Origin: a virus
Taxonomy: Duplodnaviria > Caudoviricetes
IMG/VR virus record: IMGVR_UViG_3300013126_000027
Span: 2,030 to 66,029 of that record
Strand: one strand, 5' to 3'
DNA: 64,000 nucleotides
The translations under genes and the position numbers were made by a program. The notes beneath the pieces are model-generated. The model was not told the origin of the DNA and did not search any database. It worked only from the letters and a program-made list of their open reading frames with translations. Shown piece by piece: positions 1 through 9,674 of the stretch; positions within the stretch are counted from its first letter, which is position 1; the number at the start of each line of letters is the position of its first letter.

Positions 1-762
1 AAAACCAGATCCTGTGATTGCTCCTGCAATAAACGGGGCAGAGGAGAAGGTGCTGATGGAACCAACGACCGCAAGATACTTGGATTCGGAATTGATCTTG
101 CTCTTGAAGTAAGTGCTTGTTCCATCCTGCAATCTTGCATTTGGATCAAGAGACAGACCTTGGAATCTCTCAAGAACCGTGTTTGTGGTTCCGCTGAATC
201 TTCCCAAGCGGTCAAGGACAATCAGGTGGAATTCATCGTTTGCTCCTGAGATTCCAAGAGTTGTTCCTGCATAATAAGAGGAATTCGGTGCAGAGTCAAA
301 CTGCGTTCCGTATGTCCATGCTGCGAATGCAGCCGATCCTGCATCTGCACCGGCAATTTCTATGGCAAGGCTGTTTCCAAGATTGCCTGGATACTTTGCA
401 CAGAACATTCCAGATGCCGTGCTGAAGGAAGGAAGATCGGTGTCGCTGTTGGGAATATAACCCTGCGAACCCGTTTGACCTGCATTTCCTGCCGATACAC
501 CGGCGGTAGTTACGCGAACAACCTGAAGGTTGTTGCCGTAACCAAGGAAGTTTGCTGCGCTGAACCAGTACTTGAAGTTGTCATCGTTTGGTGTTCCGTA
601 CAGAGCAGCAAGATTGGCGACATCGGTGACGATTACGCGCTGATCTGCTGGACCCCATTGGAAATACCCTGCAATACCGGCATTGGTCGTAGCCACCGCA
701 GGAATGATTGTGGTCAGGTCTCGTTCTGTGATTGTTACGCCAGGACTGATTTGGAATCCCAT
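1..762 (-). CDS. gp18: Tail sheath protein (5' part; runs off window start)
   Basis: Read manually from ATG at 762: MGFQISPGVTITERDLTTIIPAVATTNAGIAGYFQWGPADQR, the typical T4-like sheath N-terminus (SPGV..E.D.T, FxWGP). AGGAG RBS and CTAAATA late promoter upstream; follows gp17. Confidence 0.93.
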   Translation of the reverse strand, partial: MGFQISPGVTITERDLTTIIPAVATTNAGIAGYFQWGPADQRVIVTDVANLAALYGTPNDDNFKYWFSAANFLGYGNNLQVVRVTTAGVSAGNAGQTGSQGYIPNSDTDLPSFSTASGMFCAKYPGNLGNSLAIEIAGADAGSAAFAAWTYGTQFDSAPNSSYYAGTTLGISGANDEFHLIVLDRLGRFSGTTNTVLERFQGLSLDPNARLQDGTSTYFKSKINSESKYLAVVGSISTFSSAPFIAGAITGSGF

Positions 763-807
763 AAGGGCGGTCTCCTGTGATGATTATTCAAAAGTTGCGA
801 ACGCCAT

Positions 808-814
808 TATTTAG
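808..814 (-). promoter_or_regulatory. T4-type late promoter (CTAAATA) for gp18
   Basis: tatttag on + strand in the gp17-gp18 gap. The same (C/A)TAAATA motif recurs upstream of many genes, and gp33 is present in the window. Confidence 0.8.
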
Positions 815-819
815 CATTT

Positions 820-2514
820 CTACCAGTTAGCCCCGTCATATGTCGGATCATCTCCCCATGGGTTGCGATGACGCATTCTTGCTTCTCTTGGTGTTTCTTC
901 TCTGCCAAGTTCAATCTCGTCTTGACTCATGCCGTCATCGACCCCCATTTGTAAAAATCCAAATGGAACCAAGTCTTCTTCAAGTTTCTTGAGTTTGTCC
1001 TCGAATATCTTCTGCCGAATGTCAGTATTGACCAAATCCTTGAAGTAGGGCTGCGTTGAGAGCCAGCCAAACATGACCAAGGTCATGATCAAGTCATCGT
1101 TGTAACCTGTCGTTGCCTCGTATGCAGCACCCTTGGCGATGAATGTGGAGAGTTCCGCAATGGTATCAAAGTCATTGAGGATGATCTTGTCGTTTTCAAT
1201 CATCTCCTTGATGACCAAGCAACCTGTCTTCTTGATCTGATTGGACATCTTGATGCCGTATTGCACTCGTCCCGTGCCGAAGCCTTCTCCTGCCTTCTGA
1301 CCTTTCTTGCCCTTGACGGTGATGTTAATGATGTTCTCGTATTCAAGTTCCTCGCGCAGGATGTCCGATACCTGTTGACCCGTGTCGTTCAGTTCTATCA
1401 AGGCATATGCCTCGTTGTAACGATTGCCAAGAACTTCAAGAAGGTTGGGAAACACCATGACGGGCATGGTGTTGTTTCTGAATCGTGCAACCACTTGATA
1501 GGGCATTTGCGTTGCATCAACCACGGTTGCAGCATGATAATCCTGCCCTTGACCACGCGAGGTATCCACGCACATTGCATAGATGTGACCCTTTATCGGA
1601 GCCTTGTAGACAACCAGCCCTTCGTCATTTTGGTATATGGGGGATTCGTATGAGAGCGAGGTGATCTTGGATGCCCGAATGAGGGTATCCTCCGAGCCAA
1701 GGAACTCGCACTCGTATTCCTGATACCAAAGCCGTTCGCTTCCAAGGCTCTTTTTGGTGATTTCCTTCCACTTTGCGTCACGACCAGGTATCTCGTTCCA
1801 TCTTGCCTCAATCGGGATGTAGTCGTTTCTCTTGGTTTCTGCATCCTTCCACAGTTTGTAGAACATGTTCATTCCGCGAGGAGTGGACACGATGACCACT
1901 TTCGATGTCTTGCCTGACGAAATGGTCGGATATACGGACGAAAAGAATTCCTGCGCTATGTTCTCGGGGATGTGGGCAAACTCGTCAAGGAGCAGGAAGT
2001 TGAAACTGTCACCACGGACAGCCGATGCGCTTGTTGCGGCAGACACGACTTTTGACCCGTTCTCAAGGGTGAAACTCAACTTGTTCCATTCGATCACGCC
2101 CTGCTGCATCCACTTGGGAAGGTTCTCGTATGCAAACTTCAGGCGGCTCAACAGTTCGCTTGCCGTCTTCAACTTGTTTGCAAGGATGGCGACCTTGTAG
2201 TTTGGCGTGAAGAGAATGCTGTGAAGGATGTAGCCCAACATGACGGTGGACTTGCCGCTCTGACGAGGAATCTTCGAAATGACGAAACGATTCGTGTGTA
2301 TCGCCTTGACGATCTTCTTTTGGAAAGGGTACATCTTGAAGGCAATCGGTCCTAGGTCAAGGGACACGATCTTCATGTGGGTTTCAAGGAAATAGATTGG
2401 GTCTTTTGAGCAACGGACATACTCTGCCAACTGCTCGTTCGTGTATTGCAGTTGGACATTCGGTCCCTTCAGGAGGGGATTGCCTAGGTAACTGTCACCT
2501 TCCTTGCGCGGCAT
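820..2514 (-). CDS. gp17: Terminase large subunit
   Basis: YLGNPLLK N-terminus, Walker A PRQSGKST, Walker B LLLDEFAH, STPRG coupling motif, nuclease motifs VDTSRG and NDDLIM. Start probably MPRKEG (2514); the ORF extends to 2550. Confidence 0.97.
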   Translation of the reverse strand: MPRKEGDSYLGNPLLKGPNVQLQYTNEQLAEYVRCSKDPIYFLETHMKIVSLDLGPIAFKMYPFQKKIVKAIHTNRFVISKIPRQSGKSTVMLGYILHSILFTPNYKVAILANKLKTASELLSRLKFAYENLPKWMQQGVIEWNKLSFTLENGSKVVSAATSASAVRGDSFNFLLLDEFAHIPENIAQEFFSSVYPTISSGKTSKVVIVSTPRGMNMFYKLWKDAETKRNDYIPIEARWNEIPGRDAKWKEITKKSLGSERLWYQEYECEFLGSEDTLIRASKITSLSYESPIYQNDEGLVVYKAPIKGHIYAMCVDTSRGQGQDYHAATVVDATQMPYQVVARFRNNTMPVMVFPNLLEVLGNRYNEAYALIELNDTGQQVSDILREELEYENIINITVKGKKGQKAGEGFGTGRVQYGIKMSNQIKKTGCLVIKEMIENDKIILNDFDTIAELSTFIAKGAAYEATTGYNDDLIMTLVMFGWLSTQPYFKDLVNTDIRQKIFEDKLKKLEEDLVPFGFLQMGVDDGMSQDEIELGREETPREARMRHRNPWGDDPTYDGANW

Positions 2515-2971
2515 CGCTGTCCCCGTTCGCGTTTTCCTTTGATTCTTCAAGAACCTTGGTGTTCATGTTGCGAATCATCTTCTGCAAGTCAGCCGTGTTG
2601 CCAACGAAGATGCTGTTGTTTGTGACATTTGTTGTCTTGCCAGGCTCCTCGCGCTTGATGTCCTTGATCTGCTTGTGAAGGTGCATCAACTTGTTGTTTG
2701 CTTCAAGTGCAGAGGATATCAACTGTGCCACGACCTCGTATGCGCGGGGTTCCTGGCTCTCTGCCGCTACTTCCAGCAGGTTTTCGACCGCTTCCTCGGA
2801 CTTCTCTATGATTCGCTTCAGGTTGTCCCTGACCTCGGTATAGTCCCTTTCGGCATCGGTTCTTGTTATCCTCGCCGTCTTGACTTCTGCTTGGATGATT
2901 TCCTGCTTTGGTTCTGGTTCGGGCTTTGGCAAGCCCAAGGCATCGGACAAATTCTCATCGACATTTCCCAT
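2495..2971 (-). CDS. gp16: Terminase small subunit
   Basis: DY..VR.NL, PRAYEVVAQL and NNSIFVGNTADLQKM motifs; immediately upstream of gp17. Confidence 0.93.
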   Translation of the reverse strand: MGNVDENLSDALGLPKPEPEPKQEIIQAEVKTARITRTDAERDYTEVRDNLKRIIEKSEEAVENLLEVAAESQEPRAYEVVAQLISSALEANNKLMHLHKQIKDIKREEPGKTTNVTNNSIFVGNTADLQKMIRNMNTKVLEESKENANGDSDAAQGR

Positions 2972-2980
2972 GGTGATCCT

Positions 2981-3775
2981 TTAGAATTGTATTATGTTCA
3001 CGCTTACTTGACCTGTGGTTCCTGGCGTGTATCCTGTCGCTCCCGTGACTGCTTGCGTGGTGATTCTGATGTTTGAACCCGAAGGACCATACGCAGCCGT
3101 GATGCCCTCGGCACCGCTTTTTGGCGTGAGGCTGACTTGAGTGGAGCGAATGACACCGACTGTCTTGATCGGTCCGTAAAGGTAGAGTTTCATGGTGAAG
3201 GAAAGCGTCATGATCGTCACTTTCCTCGTACCATAGTCACCATAACTTCCATCATCCCCTTCCGACAGCACGGAATTCTTGAACACGACAGGCACATCTA
3301 CATCCATGTCGGTGTCATTCATGTTCAGCGATACTGTGTATTCGGGCTGAAAGTAAGGGATTATTTGTTCAAATATCTGAAGGGCATCTTCCGTGTTCTT
3401 GGTCATGATGCTCAACGAGAGATCGATGTTGTAGGGGACTCTTTCGTATCTTCGCTTGACTTGCGAGGAGTTCAATGCAGCAACCGTGGAATTCATGGTT
3501 GACAATTTCCTTGAGGCATCGAATGTGATGTTCTGCATCTCAAAGGAAAGCCTGGGAAGATATGTCTCAAGTTTTACCGCTGCTTTATCGAAATCCGTGC
3601 CTATCCGCTCAAGTCTGCGAATGAATTTTTGCCTCGGACCATATGCAATGGGAACCTTTATTCGCTCGACTTCCACCTTGTTTGAGTCGTACCTCGCAAT
3701 GTGAATGTCATTGAAAAGGTTGGCAAAGGCAACTACTGCCTTTCTTATGGTGCCGTGATAGTAGTATTCAAACAT
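2981..3775 (-). CDS. gp15: Tail sheath stabilizer / tail terminator
   Basis: YYHGTIRKAVVAFANLFNDI, VPIAYGPRQKF, LPRLSFE, QIFEQIIPYFQP, YLYGP motifs; synteny 13-14-15-16-17-18. Confidence 0.95.
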   Translation of the reverse strand: MFEYYYHGTIRKAVVAFANLFNDIHIARYDSNKVEVERIKVPIAYGPRQKFIRRLERIGTDFDKAAVKLETYLPRLSFEMQNITFDASRKLSTMNSTVAALNSSQVKRRYERVPYNIDLSLSIMTKNTEDALQIFEQIIPYFQPEYTVSLNMNDTDMDVDVPVVFKNSVLSEGDDGSYGDYGTRKVTIMTLSFTMKLYLYGPIKTVGVIRSTQVSLTPKSGAEGITAAYGPSGSNIRITTQAVTGATGYTPGTTGQVSVNIIQF

Positions 3776-4647
3776 TACGGCTCTCCAAACGGATGGTTCT
3801 CATCGAAGTTGAGGAAACTGTCTGCCTCTGTCTCTATGTCATCATTGGTGTTGTCAACCAATGTTCCAAAGGCTTCGTTGCTTCCTGTTGCAGCGATGCG
3901 ATAGTATGCTGCATTGTCGGACTTGGTTACATATCCTCCCGTGAGGCTCCAGCCACCAAGCGAATCCACCAAAACCATGCTTGTCGGTTCGTTCGGGTTC
4001 CAAGCATAAACGGTTGCTTTTGCAGCCGCCGCCGAAAAGTTTCCCGTAATCGACCCACCCGCAGGCTGATAAACGAGGTCGCCTTTTGTAAAAGTTCCTG
4101 TTCCACCTGTTGCTCCTAGTATGAGTTGAAGTTTGAAGGCAACCTCCTCCACCGCGTCTATTTCCGGAATTCCTGTGTTCAATTTCTCTTCGCTGTATTG
4201 GAAGAGTTCACAGGTCATTTGGTAGGAAACGAGTTTGCCTAATTGATAGAATGGGTTCTCATGCTCTACGAACTTGATTTCAAACAATCCCCTGTTGAGG
4301 GGAAGATACAGAAGATCCCCTTCCATGGGTCTAGCCATTCCTGTCTCCCGCTTGAACCGCTTTCGGGAAACCGTGAACTTCACGCTATCTCTCACTTCAA
4401 AGCCGAACTTGGTGAATTGGTCACCACCTTCAAATGCGGTGGTGGTGTCCATGTACATCTCTATCATTCTGAAAGAATTGAATCTTGAATACGGTGCCTC
4501 TCCGAAGAAATCGTCCTTGTGAACCATCGTTCTCGGGATGTAGTACATCTCCATGCCATGAATCTTGATGGCTTCGATGGTCAAATCCTCAACGAGATTC
4601 TGCTCGGGAAGATTCTTGAACTTGTTGAAGTATGGGTTTACTGCCAT
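3775..4647 (-). CDS. gp14: Neck protein
   Basis: EQNLVEDLTIEAIKIHG, YYIPRT, RPMEGDLLYLP, FEIKFVEHENPFYQLGK and terminal FDENHPFG motifs. Confidence 0.95.
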   Translation of the reverse strand: MAVNPYFNKFKNLPEQNLVEDLTIEAIKIHGMEMYYIPRTMVHKDDFFGEAPYSRFNSFRMIEMYMDTTTAFEGGDQFTKFGFEVRDSVKFTVSRKRFKRETGMARPMEGDLLYLPLNRGLFEIKFVEHENPFYQLGKLVSYQMTCELFQYSEEKLNTGIPEIDAVEEVAFKLQLILGATGGTGTFTKGDLVYQPAGGSITGNFSAAAAKATVYAWNPNEPTSMVLVDSLGGWSLTGGYVTKSDNAAYYRIAATGSNEAFGTLVDNTNDDIETEADSFLNFDENHPFGEP

Positions 4648-4648
4648 G

Positions 4649-5494
4649 TCATCCCATCATGAAATCTACGGGGAGTTCGTACTTCGTGATGATCTCCTTC
4701 TCGATTTCGTCTATTTCCTTCTGTGCTTCCGTGGCGATGTCAACACCACGAAGAGTGACATCGCCTGGCATCTTGATGCCGCTGTACTTGCTCATGTTGG
4801 TTCCCCATTGCCGCTTGATCAGGGCGGTAAGGTACTTCTTCAGCATTCGATCCTCGTATATCTCGGGATGGACGCGAGGATCAAGTATGCGGTAGCATTC
4901 GATGATGAGGTATGCGCCAGGCTTGACGATTTGCCAATCCATGTGTATCTCAAGGCGGTTCGTTACCCTACTGAATTCGACCTGCTTGTCTGGCGACAGA
5001 AACTGCCGAAGCAACGAAAGGTATTGCTGCGTCAGGTCATACTGAACGAGGTCAATCGTTCCGAAGGTGTAGAGGTCATTCAGGGCATATTGATAACGGA
5101 CATCGAACATGTCGATTGTCTGCTGCGAAATATGAAATATCTTGGTGACGCTTGTGATGAGGTTGTCGATTGGAACAACGCCCCCCGCAAGGTGTGCGGG
5201 AGTTCCACCTGTCAAGCCAGCCTCGTTTATGGTCTGGTAGCGATCACCATAACTCATGCTTGCGGAGTTGTCTGCCTCAAGAAGGAGGTATTTCCTGTCG
5301 ATGTCCGCTTGAGTCAGTTGATACTTGAGGTATACCCGTTCGACTCCATCAAAATGGTATTCCGACATGTAGCGAAGGGCATCATCAACGCGATCATCCA
5401 CTTGATCATCATCGACATTTATTTCTACGACAGGTGCGCCCAACTGCCGCAGGCAATAGTCCACCAGTTTCTGCCGTGTATTGATTGTCGCCAT
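4649..5494 (-). CDS. gp13: Neck protein / head-tail adaptor
   Basis: YCLRQLGAPVVEINVDDDQ, YHFDG, LIKRQWGTNMSKY, terminal P.DFMMG. Late promoter at 5511-5517. Confidence 0.95.
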   Translation of the reverse strand: MATINTRQKLVDYCLRQLGAPVVEINVDDDQVDDRVDDALRYMSEYHFDGVERVYLKYQLTQADIDRKYLLLEADNSASMSYGDRYQTINEAGLTGGTPAHLAGGVVPIDNLITSVTKIFHISQQTIDMFDVRYQYALNDLYTFGTIDLVQYDLTQQYLSLLRQFLSPDKQVEFSRVTNRLEIHMDWQIVKPGAYLIIECYRILDPRVHPEIYEDRMLKKYLTALIKRQWGTNMSKYSGIKMPGDVTLRGVDIATEAQKEIDEIEKEIITKYELPVDFMMG

Positions 5495-5544
5495 CGGAAT
5501 CCTCCGATGCTATTTAGACTTTTTTAACCATCACTCAATCGGAA

Positions 5545-6339
5545 TCAAGTTTTAACAATCCATGTCATCCCGTCCTCATTCTTCAGAGGGAGAGGGATCA
5601 TGGACAAATCCAATGAGGAAAGCATACAGACTCCTCCTGCAACTTGACTGACCTTGGGAAGTTCATCCGATGCTGCAATGGTCAACAGACCTTCGTGGCA
5701 GGAGACAACTATTCCCGTGCCGCGCCATCCCAAGGTTTCGATTGACAGCAAGGTTCCTGCCATCATTGTTCCTCTGTATGACAAAACCATGAGCGAAGAG
5801 GATGCGCTGACTATCTGCGCCTTGACGCTCTTGACATCCTCCAAGAGCAACGAATGGAGTCTTGGGTAATTCTTTTGATCTATGAAGGAACCATCGCAAG
5901 AAAGCCAGCCCCGTGGAATTGATTTTCCCGCAAAGGGAAGAAGCGTACCTGTCGGCATTTCGTGCTTGTTCTCCTGTGGACGAGTGAACATTCCCTCTCC
6001 TGCCTTGATTCCCTGCAATACGGGATTGGAACCTTCCGTTGAGAGCGTACCGTCACCTGCAAGATGGTATGTCTTTCCGTGTTCTATCCATTCGATTCGC
6101 ACCAAGCCAGAAAGAACGACATCCGCCTCGGTTTTCATCGGAGGATGCAACCTTTCAACGATTCCCAACATCGGATCGTTTGGATGGCTTGATGAGCAAG
6201 GACGGATTTTCCCATCGGAGCATGAGCAAACGACAGTTCCTTCGGGAAAGTCCGCTGAAAAACCAATGGAAACGGTGGTTCGTATGGAGTCCGAACCACC
6301 GTCCCTTGGCAGAAAAACGCTTGGATGAGGTGAAGGCAA
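5545..6339 (-). CDS. Putative virion protein with phage tail-collar motif
   Basis: TTG start after AAGGAGG. PTGTLLPFAG..IPRGWLSCDG...YPRL is a collar-type motif; C-terminus is WIVKT. Confidence 0.65.
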   Translation of the reverse strand: MPSPHPSVFLPRDGGSDSIRTTVSIGFSADFPEGTVVCSCSDGKIRPCSSSHPNDPMLGIVERLHPPMKTEADVVLSGLVRIEWIEHGKTYHLAGDGTLSTEGSNPVLQGIKAGEGMFTRPQENKHEMPTGTLLPFAGKSIPRGWLSCDGSFIDQKNYPRLHSLLLEDVKSVKAQIVSASSSLMVLSYRGTMMAGTLLSIETLGWRGTGIVVSCHEGLLTIAASDELPKVSQVAGGVCMLSSLDLSMIPLPLKNEDGMTWIVKT

Positions 6340-6349
6340 GATGCCTCCT

Positions 6350-7534
6350 TTAGTTGTTCATCAGTTCTTCCGTTGCAAACTTCAGGTTTGCCTCAATCCG
6401 CTCCTTCTGGTCGGGCGGGAACCGATTCTGCTGCAACAAGGCAACAGATGCCTGTCGGGATTCCTTGAAATGCCCTGCCCAATAAGCGGCAATCGCAAAC
6501 TCGTCAAGCAACATCCACTCGTACACGGGAGCCGCGATGAAGAGCGCACCTTCGGGGCAACGGCACTTGATACCCTGCTTGGCAAATGTGTATGCCTGAT
6601 CAAAACGGATGTTCAGTCGGCAAAGACGGGCAGCAGCCCACAGGCTCTCTGCGCGATAAGGAGCAGCCTGATAAGCATTGAAGTACACCTTGATGATCTC
6701 ATCGATGTTCTTGTTGAGGATTTCCATGATGCGACCTGCCTGATACAGCGAATAGAACACTTCCTCGTTCCATCCACCGAGTTCGGCACGCTTCATGTAT
6801 GCAGCAAGGGACTTCTCCCATTGCTGCGAGTCGCGGTAGGACTGTGCAAGGTAGAAATGGTAGCGATTGAAGTCCTTTGGATCGACTTCACCCTTCAGGG
6901 CTTCCTCGAAACGCTCCGCATCACGCTCATACTTGCCGGTCTGGCTTGAGCGATTGCCATCCTGGATCGGAGTGTTCATGAATCCACGGGCAAAGTCGCG
7001 TGTCTGAATCTCGTCATGGCAATCGACATACTCATGGAGGATGCCGCGATAGTAGAACTTCTTCTTGTTGCTTGTCATCTGCGGACGATGGTACTTTGTG
7101 CCACCGTACTGCGCGAAGATGTTGTACAGGTCGGCGTTCAGGCTTGCCTTGAATGCATCGGGATCGAAGCCTGGTTCAAAGACAAGAACCTCGTCCGCAT
7201 CGATCATGTAGGAATAGTCGCCTTCAGCACGAGCAAGTTCAAGTGCCTCGCTGCGGTTGTGACCGAAGTCCTTCCAAGGACGCTCGTATAGTTTGCCAGG
7301 AATGCCGACATTCTCAAAGAACTTGCGAATCTTGTCCTGCGTTCCATCGGTCGAACCCGTGTCAACAATGACCCAATTGTCGATGATGGGAAGCACGGAA
7401 GCAAGGCATCTTTCGATGACCCTAGCCTCGTCCTTCACGATCATGCACAGGGTGATCGTCTTGGTGTTCTTGCTTGTGTTTGTGGGTGTCCCCGAAATTA
7501 CGGCATTGACCGGCTGTTCAATCGTAGTCTGCAT
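6350..7534 (-). CDS. Glycosyltransferase family 2 with C-terminal TPR-like repeats
   Basis: LCMIVKDE..VIERCLASV, VDTGSTDGT, DFGHNR, IDADE (DxD), ILHEY, followed by helical TPR-like FYLAQSYRD..W..S..AY. Own late promoter at 7570-7576. Confidence 0.9.
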   Translation of the reverse strand: MQTTIEQPVNAVISGTPTNTSKNTKTITLCMIVKDEARVIERCLASVLPIIDNWVIVDTGSTDGTQDKIRKFFENVGIPGKLYERPWKDFGHNRSEALELARAEGDYSYMIDADEVLVFEPGFDPDAFKASLNADLYNIFAQYGGTKYHRPQMTSNKKKFYYRGILHEYVDCHDEIQTRDFARGFMNTPIQDGNRSSQTGKYERDAERFEEALKGEVDPKDFNRYHFYLAQSYRDSQQWEKSLAAYMKRAELGGWNEEVFYSLYQAGRIMEILNKNIDEIIKVYFNAYQAAPYRAESLWAAARLCRLNIRFDQAYTFAKQGIKCRCPEGALFIAAPVYEWMLLDEFAIAAYWAGHFKESRQASVALLQQNRFPPDQKERIEANLKFATEELMNN

Positions 7535-7604
7535 CTTGTATCTCCATATTGATGACCAAAGTCAGAATGTATTTAGCATCGCTGAAGGCAACGACAGCAA
7601 AGAA

Positions 7605-7931
7605 TCAGGATATTTCCATCAAGGATGTGATTACATGGATGTACCCCGATGTGCCTGCCGTTGCCCGCAAGGAGTTTCCGTTTTCAAGAACGATGGGAGC
7701 ATCCAATGCCTGAAATGTGGTAGCGGTGGGTATTGCGATCCCCGTTATCAGGGAGAATCCGGTTGCCCCCTTGACCATCTCCAAGGTCACGGTTGCTGCC
7801 GCCGTTGCGCTTGCGTTGCTGAAATTCACGGAATTCACCAATGATGCGGTTACGCCTGCACCTGATGTATACAGGGTAGTCGGTCCTGTGGTACTCAAGA
7901 TAGTTCCAAAACTCTTGTATGTCTCTGGCAT
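7605..7931 (-). CDS. Small beta-rich virion-associated protein (hypothetical)
   Basis: 108 aa ORF with AAGGA RBS and late promoter at 7953-7959. The TLYT..., IVLENG.SL and terminal SLMEIS pattern is common in phage fibre clusters. Confidence 0.6.
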   Translation of the reverse strand: MPETYKSFGTILSTTGPTTLYTSGAGVTASLVNSVNFSNASATAAATVTLEMVKGATGFSLITGIAIPTATTFQALDAPIVLENGNSLRATAGTSGYIHVITSLMEIS

Positions 7932-7955
7932 TGTTGATCCTTTGCTCTACGATAT

Positions 7956-9674
7956 TTAGTTGATGATTGTATTCACATTCCAGCCCTTGGATGTTGCGAT
8001 TCCAGTCAATGATTCGCCGTATCCCCAATGCCCCAATAGGTTGTATGCATTTCTTGCGCCAGAACCAGAAGCACCCACAGTTGATAGATTTCGATACATT
8101 TCATTCAATGCCTCGGGTGACAGGCATTGTCCGGTTGCTGACACGGATGCTGAAGATATGTTTCCCCTGAAATTCGATGACAAGTTTTTCAACACCATTC
8201 TGCGTAGATAACCCGTTCCATAAACTACTTTATAACTGCTGCTTATGTTTGCTCCATCTGTGATTATCTCTCTTATGGGACTGTTGAAAACAGTATCACC
8301 TAATGTAAGATCAGATGCATATTTGAATCGAACTGCGTTCAAGTTGTAGCAACTTCCAAATATGCCTAAGGAATCTTTGACAGGACCCGCAGTACTCAAA
8401 TGATAGTTGTAAAGATATGCATTTGCAATGTTTGAAGATACAAACATGTTAGCAACAATTTTTGCCGAACTAAGGTTGATTGGATACAGTTTTTCTATGG
8501 ATGAAGATGCAAACATGCTGTTGAATGTCAATCCGCTCTGCGTATTGAGCGGCGGAACATATTGCAGACAAAGGGTATTGTTAAATGTGCTGTTGAATGA
8601 TTTGACATTGCTGGTATTGATTTCGGGTATTTGCACCAACTTGAAGCAGTTGTTGAACATTGAATCCATGTTCAAGGCATTGCTTGTACTGAAGGCAGGG
8701 ATGGTTTTCAAGATCCAGCAATCGGAAAACATTCCCGCAAAATTGGTCACATTGCTCGTATCGAAATGTGCCACGGTTTCAAGCGAAGTACATGAGTTGA
8801 ACATGTTTCTCATGTTGGTTGCGCTGCTCGTATTCAGCAAGGGAAGTTCCTTCAATGATGTGCAGTTTGCAAATGCAGAATCAAAGTTCTGTGCATTTCT
8901 GCACCATTCGGTTCCCTTCACGGATGACAGGTTTGTCGAGCCATTGAAAAGATTGCTGCAATTGGTCAGGCTGGTCGGACCAATCCATTCAAATTCGTGC
9001 AAGAAAGGGCAAGCACTTGTGCCTCCCGCTCCTCCACCGATTGTCAGCGATGTCAATGTGCTGGATGCGCCTTTTATGCTCAACCATTTTGGTCTTGCCT
9101 GCGTGTTGATGGCATAACCTGGAGAGGGCTGTATGGCTGTAGATGCCAAATTAGCAGAAATTATGCCGACATTCACGGAAGTAAATGCCGTTCCCCCTGC
9201 TCCACCATTTGGATAAATCCCATTTGGATAAATCTGAACAAGGACTTGGCGATATCCTGCCGGTATTGATGCTCCTGAGTTGACAGCAAGCATTTGACCC
9301 GTGACTGTGGTCGATGCCGGTAGATCGTCATACTTGACAAGCAATCCTCTTGAACCTCCTCTTGTATCAGCCGACAATCCATTTCCCCATTCAACGATGT
9401 AATTATCGGGGGAATTGACCACAATCAGCGTTCCTGCTGCCGTTGCCCCCAATGCATTGCCTGTTCTTCCCGATGGATATACGGCACAAAGCAACGCTAT
9501 CCTTTGGTCTCCTGCGGTCATGTCGGGCATGGAAAGCCAGTTGGACGGGCGAATCCATGCAGCCGTGCCGTCAAAGGCATTGTTTACGGTGAGTATCCCG
9601 CTTTCAAGGCTCGTCGCCCTGTCTGCATTCAGACCGATGAAGCCGTTGCTTGACCTTGTGCCGCGTGTCTTCAT
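7956..9674 (-). CDS. DUF285/BspA-like leucine-rich repeat surface protein, paralog 1
   Basis: Repeats of MFxxCxSLxx.P.(L/F)(N/D)TSxxxN. Start MKTRG overlaps the upstream stop (ATGA at 9671-9674). Confidence 0.8.
   Translation of the reverse strand: MKTRGTRSSNGFIGLNADRATSLESGILTVNNAFDGTAAWIRPSNWLSMPDMTAGDQRIALLCAVYPSGRTGNALGATAAGTLIVVNSPDNYIVEWGNGLSADTRGGSRGLLVKYDDLPASTTVTGQMLAVNSGASIPAGYRQVLVQIYPNGIYPNGGAGGTAFTSVNVGIISANLASTAIQPSPGYAINTQARPKWLSIKGASSTLTSLTIGGGAGGTSACPFLHEFEWIGPTSLTNCSNLFNGSTNLSSVKGTEWCRNAQNFDSAFANCTSLKELPLLNTSSATNMRNMFNSCTSLETVAHFDTSNVTNFAGMFSDCWILKTIPAFSTSNALNMDSMFNNCFKLVQIPEINTSNVKSFNSTFNNTLCLQYVPPLNTQSGLTFNSMFASSSIEKLYPINLSSAKIVANMFVSSNIANAYLYNYHLSTAGPVKDSLGIFGSCYNLNAVRFKYASDLTLGDTVFNSPIREIITDGANISSSYKVVYGTGYLRRMVLKNLSSNFRGNISSASVSATGQCLSPEALNEMYRNLSTVGASGSGARNAYNLLGHWGYGESLTGIATSKGWNVNTIIN

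Noticed and set aside
820-2550. Intein or intron in the terminase large subunit
   Set aside because: Motif spacing and length are normal; no Hint motifs.
4565-5527. Long antisense ORFs (e.g. 4565-5527, 31235-31903, 39568-40299, 13643-14281)
   Set aside because: They are shadows of well-supported genes on the opposite strand, with no RBS or recognisable motifs.
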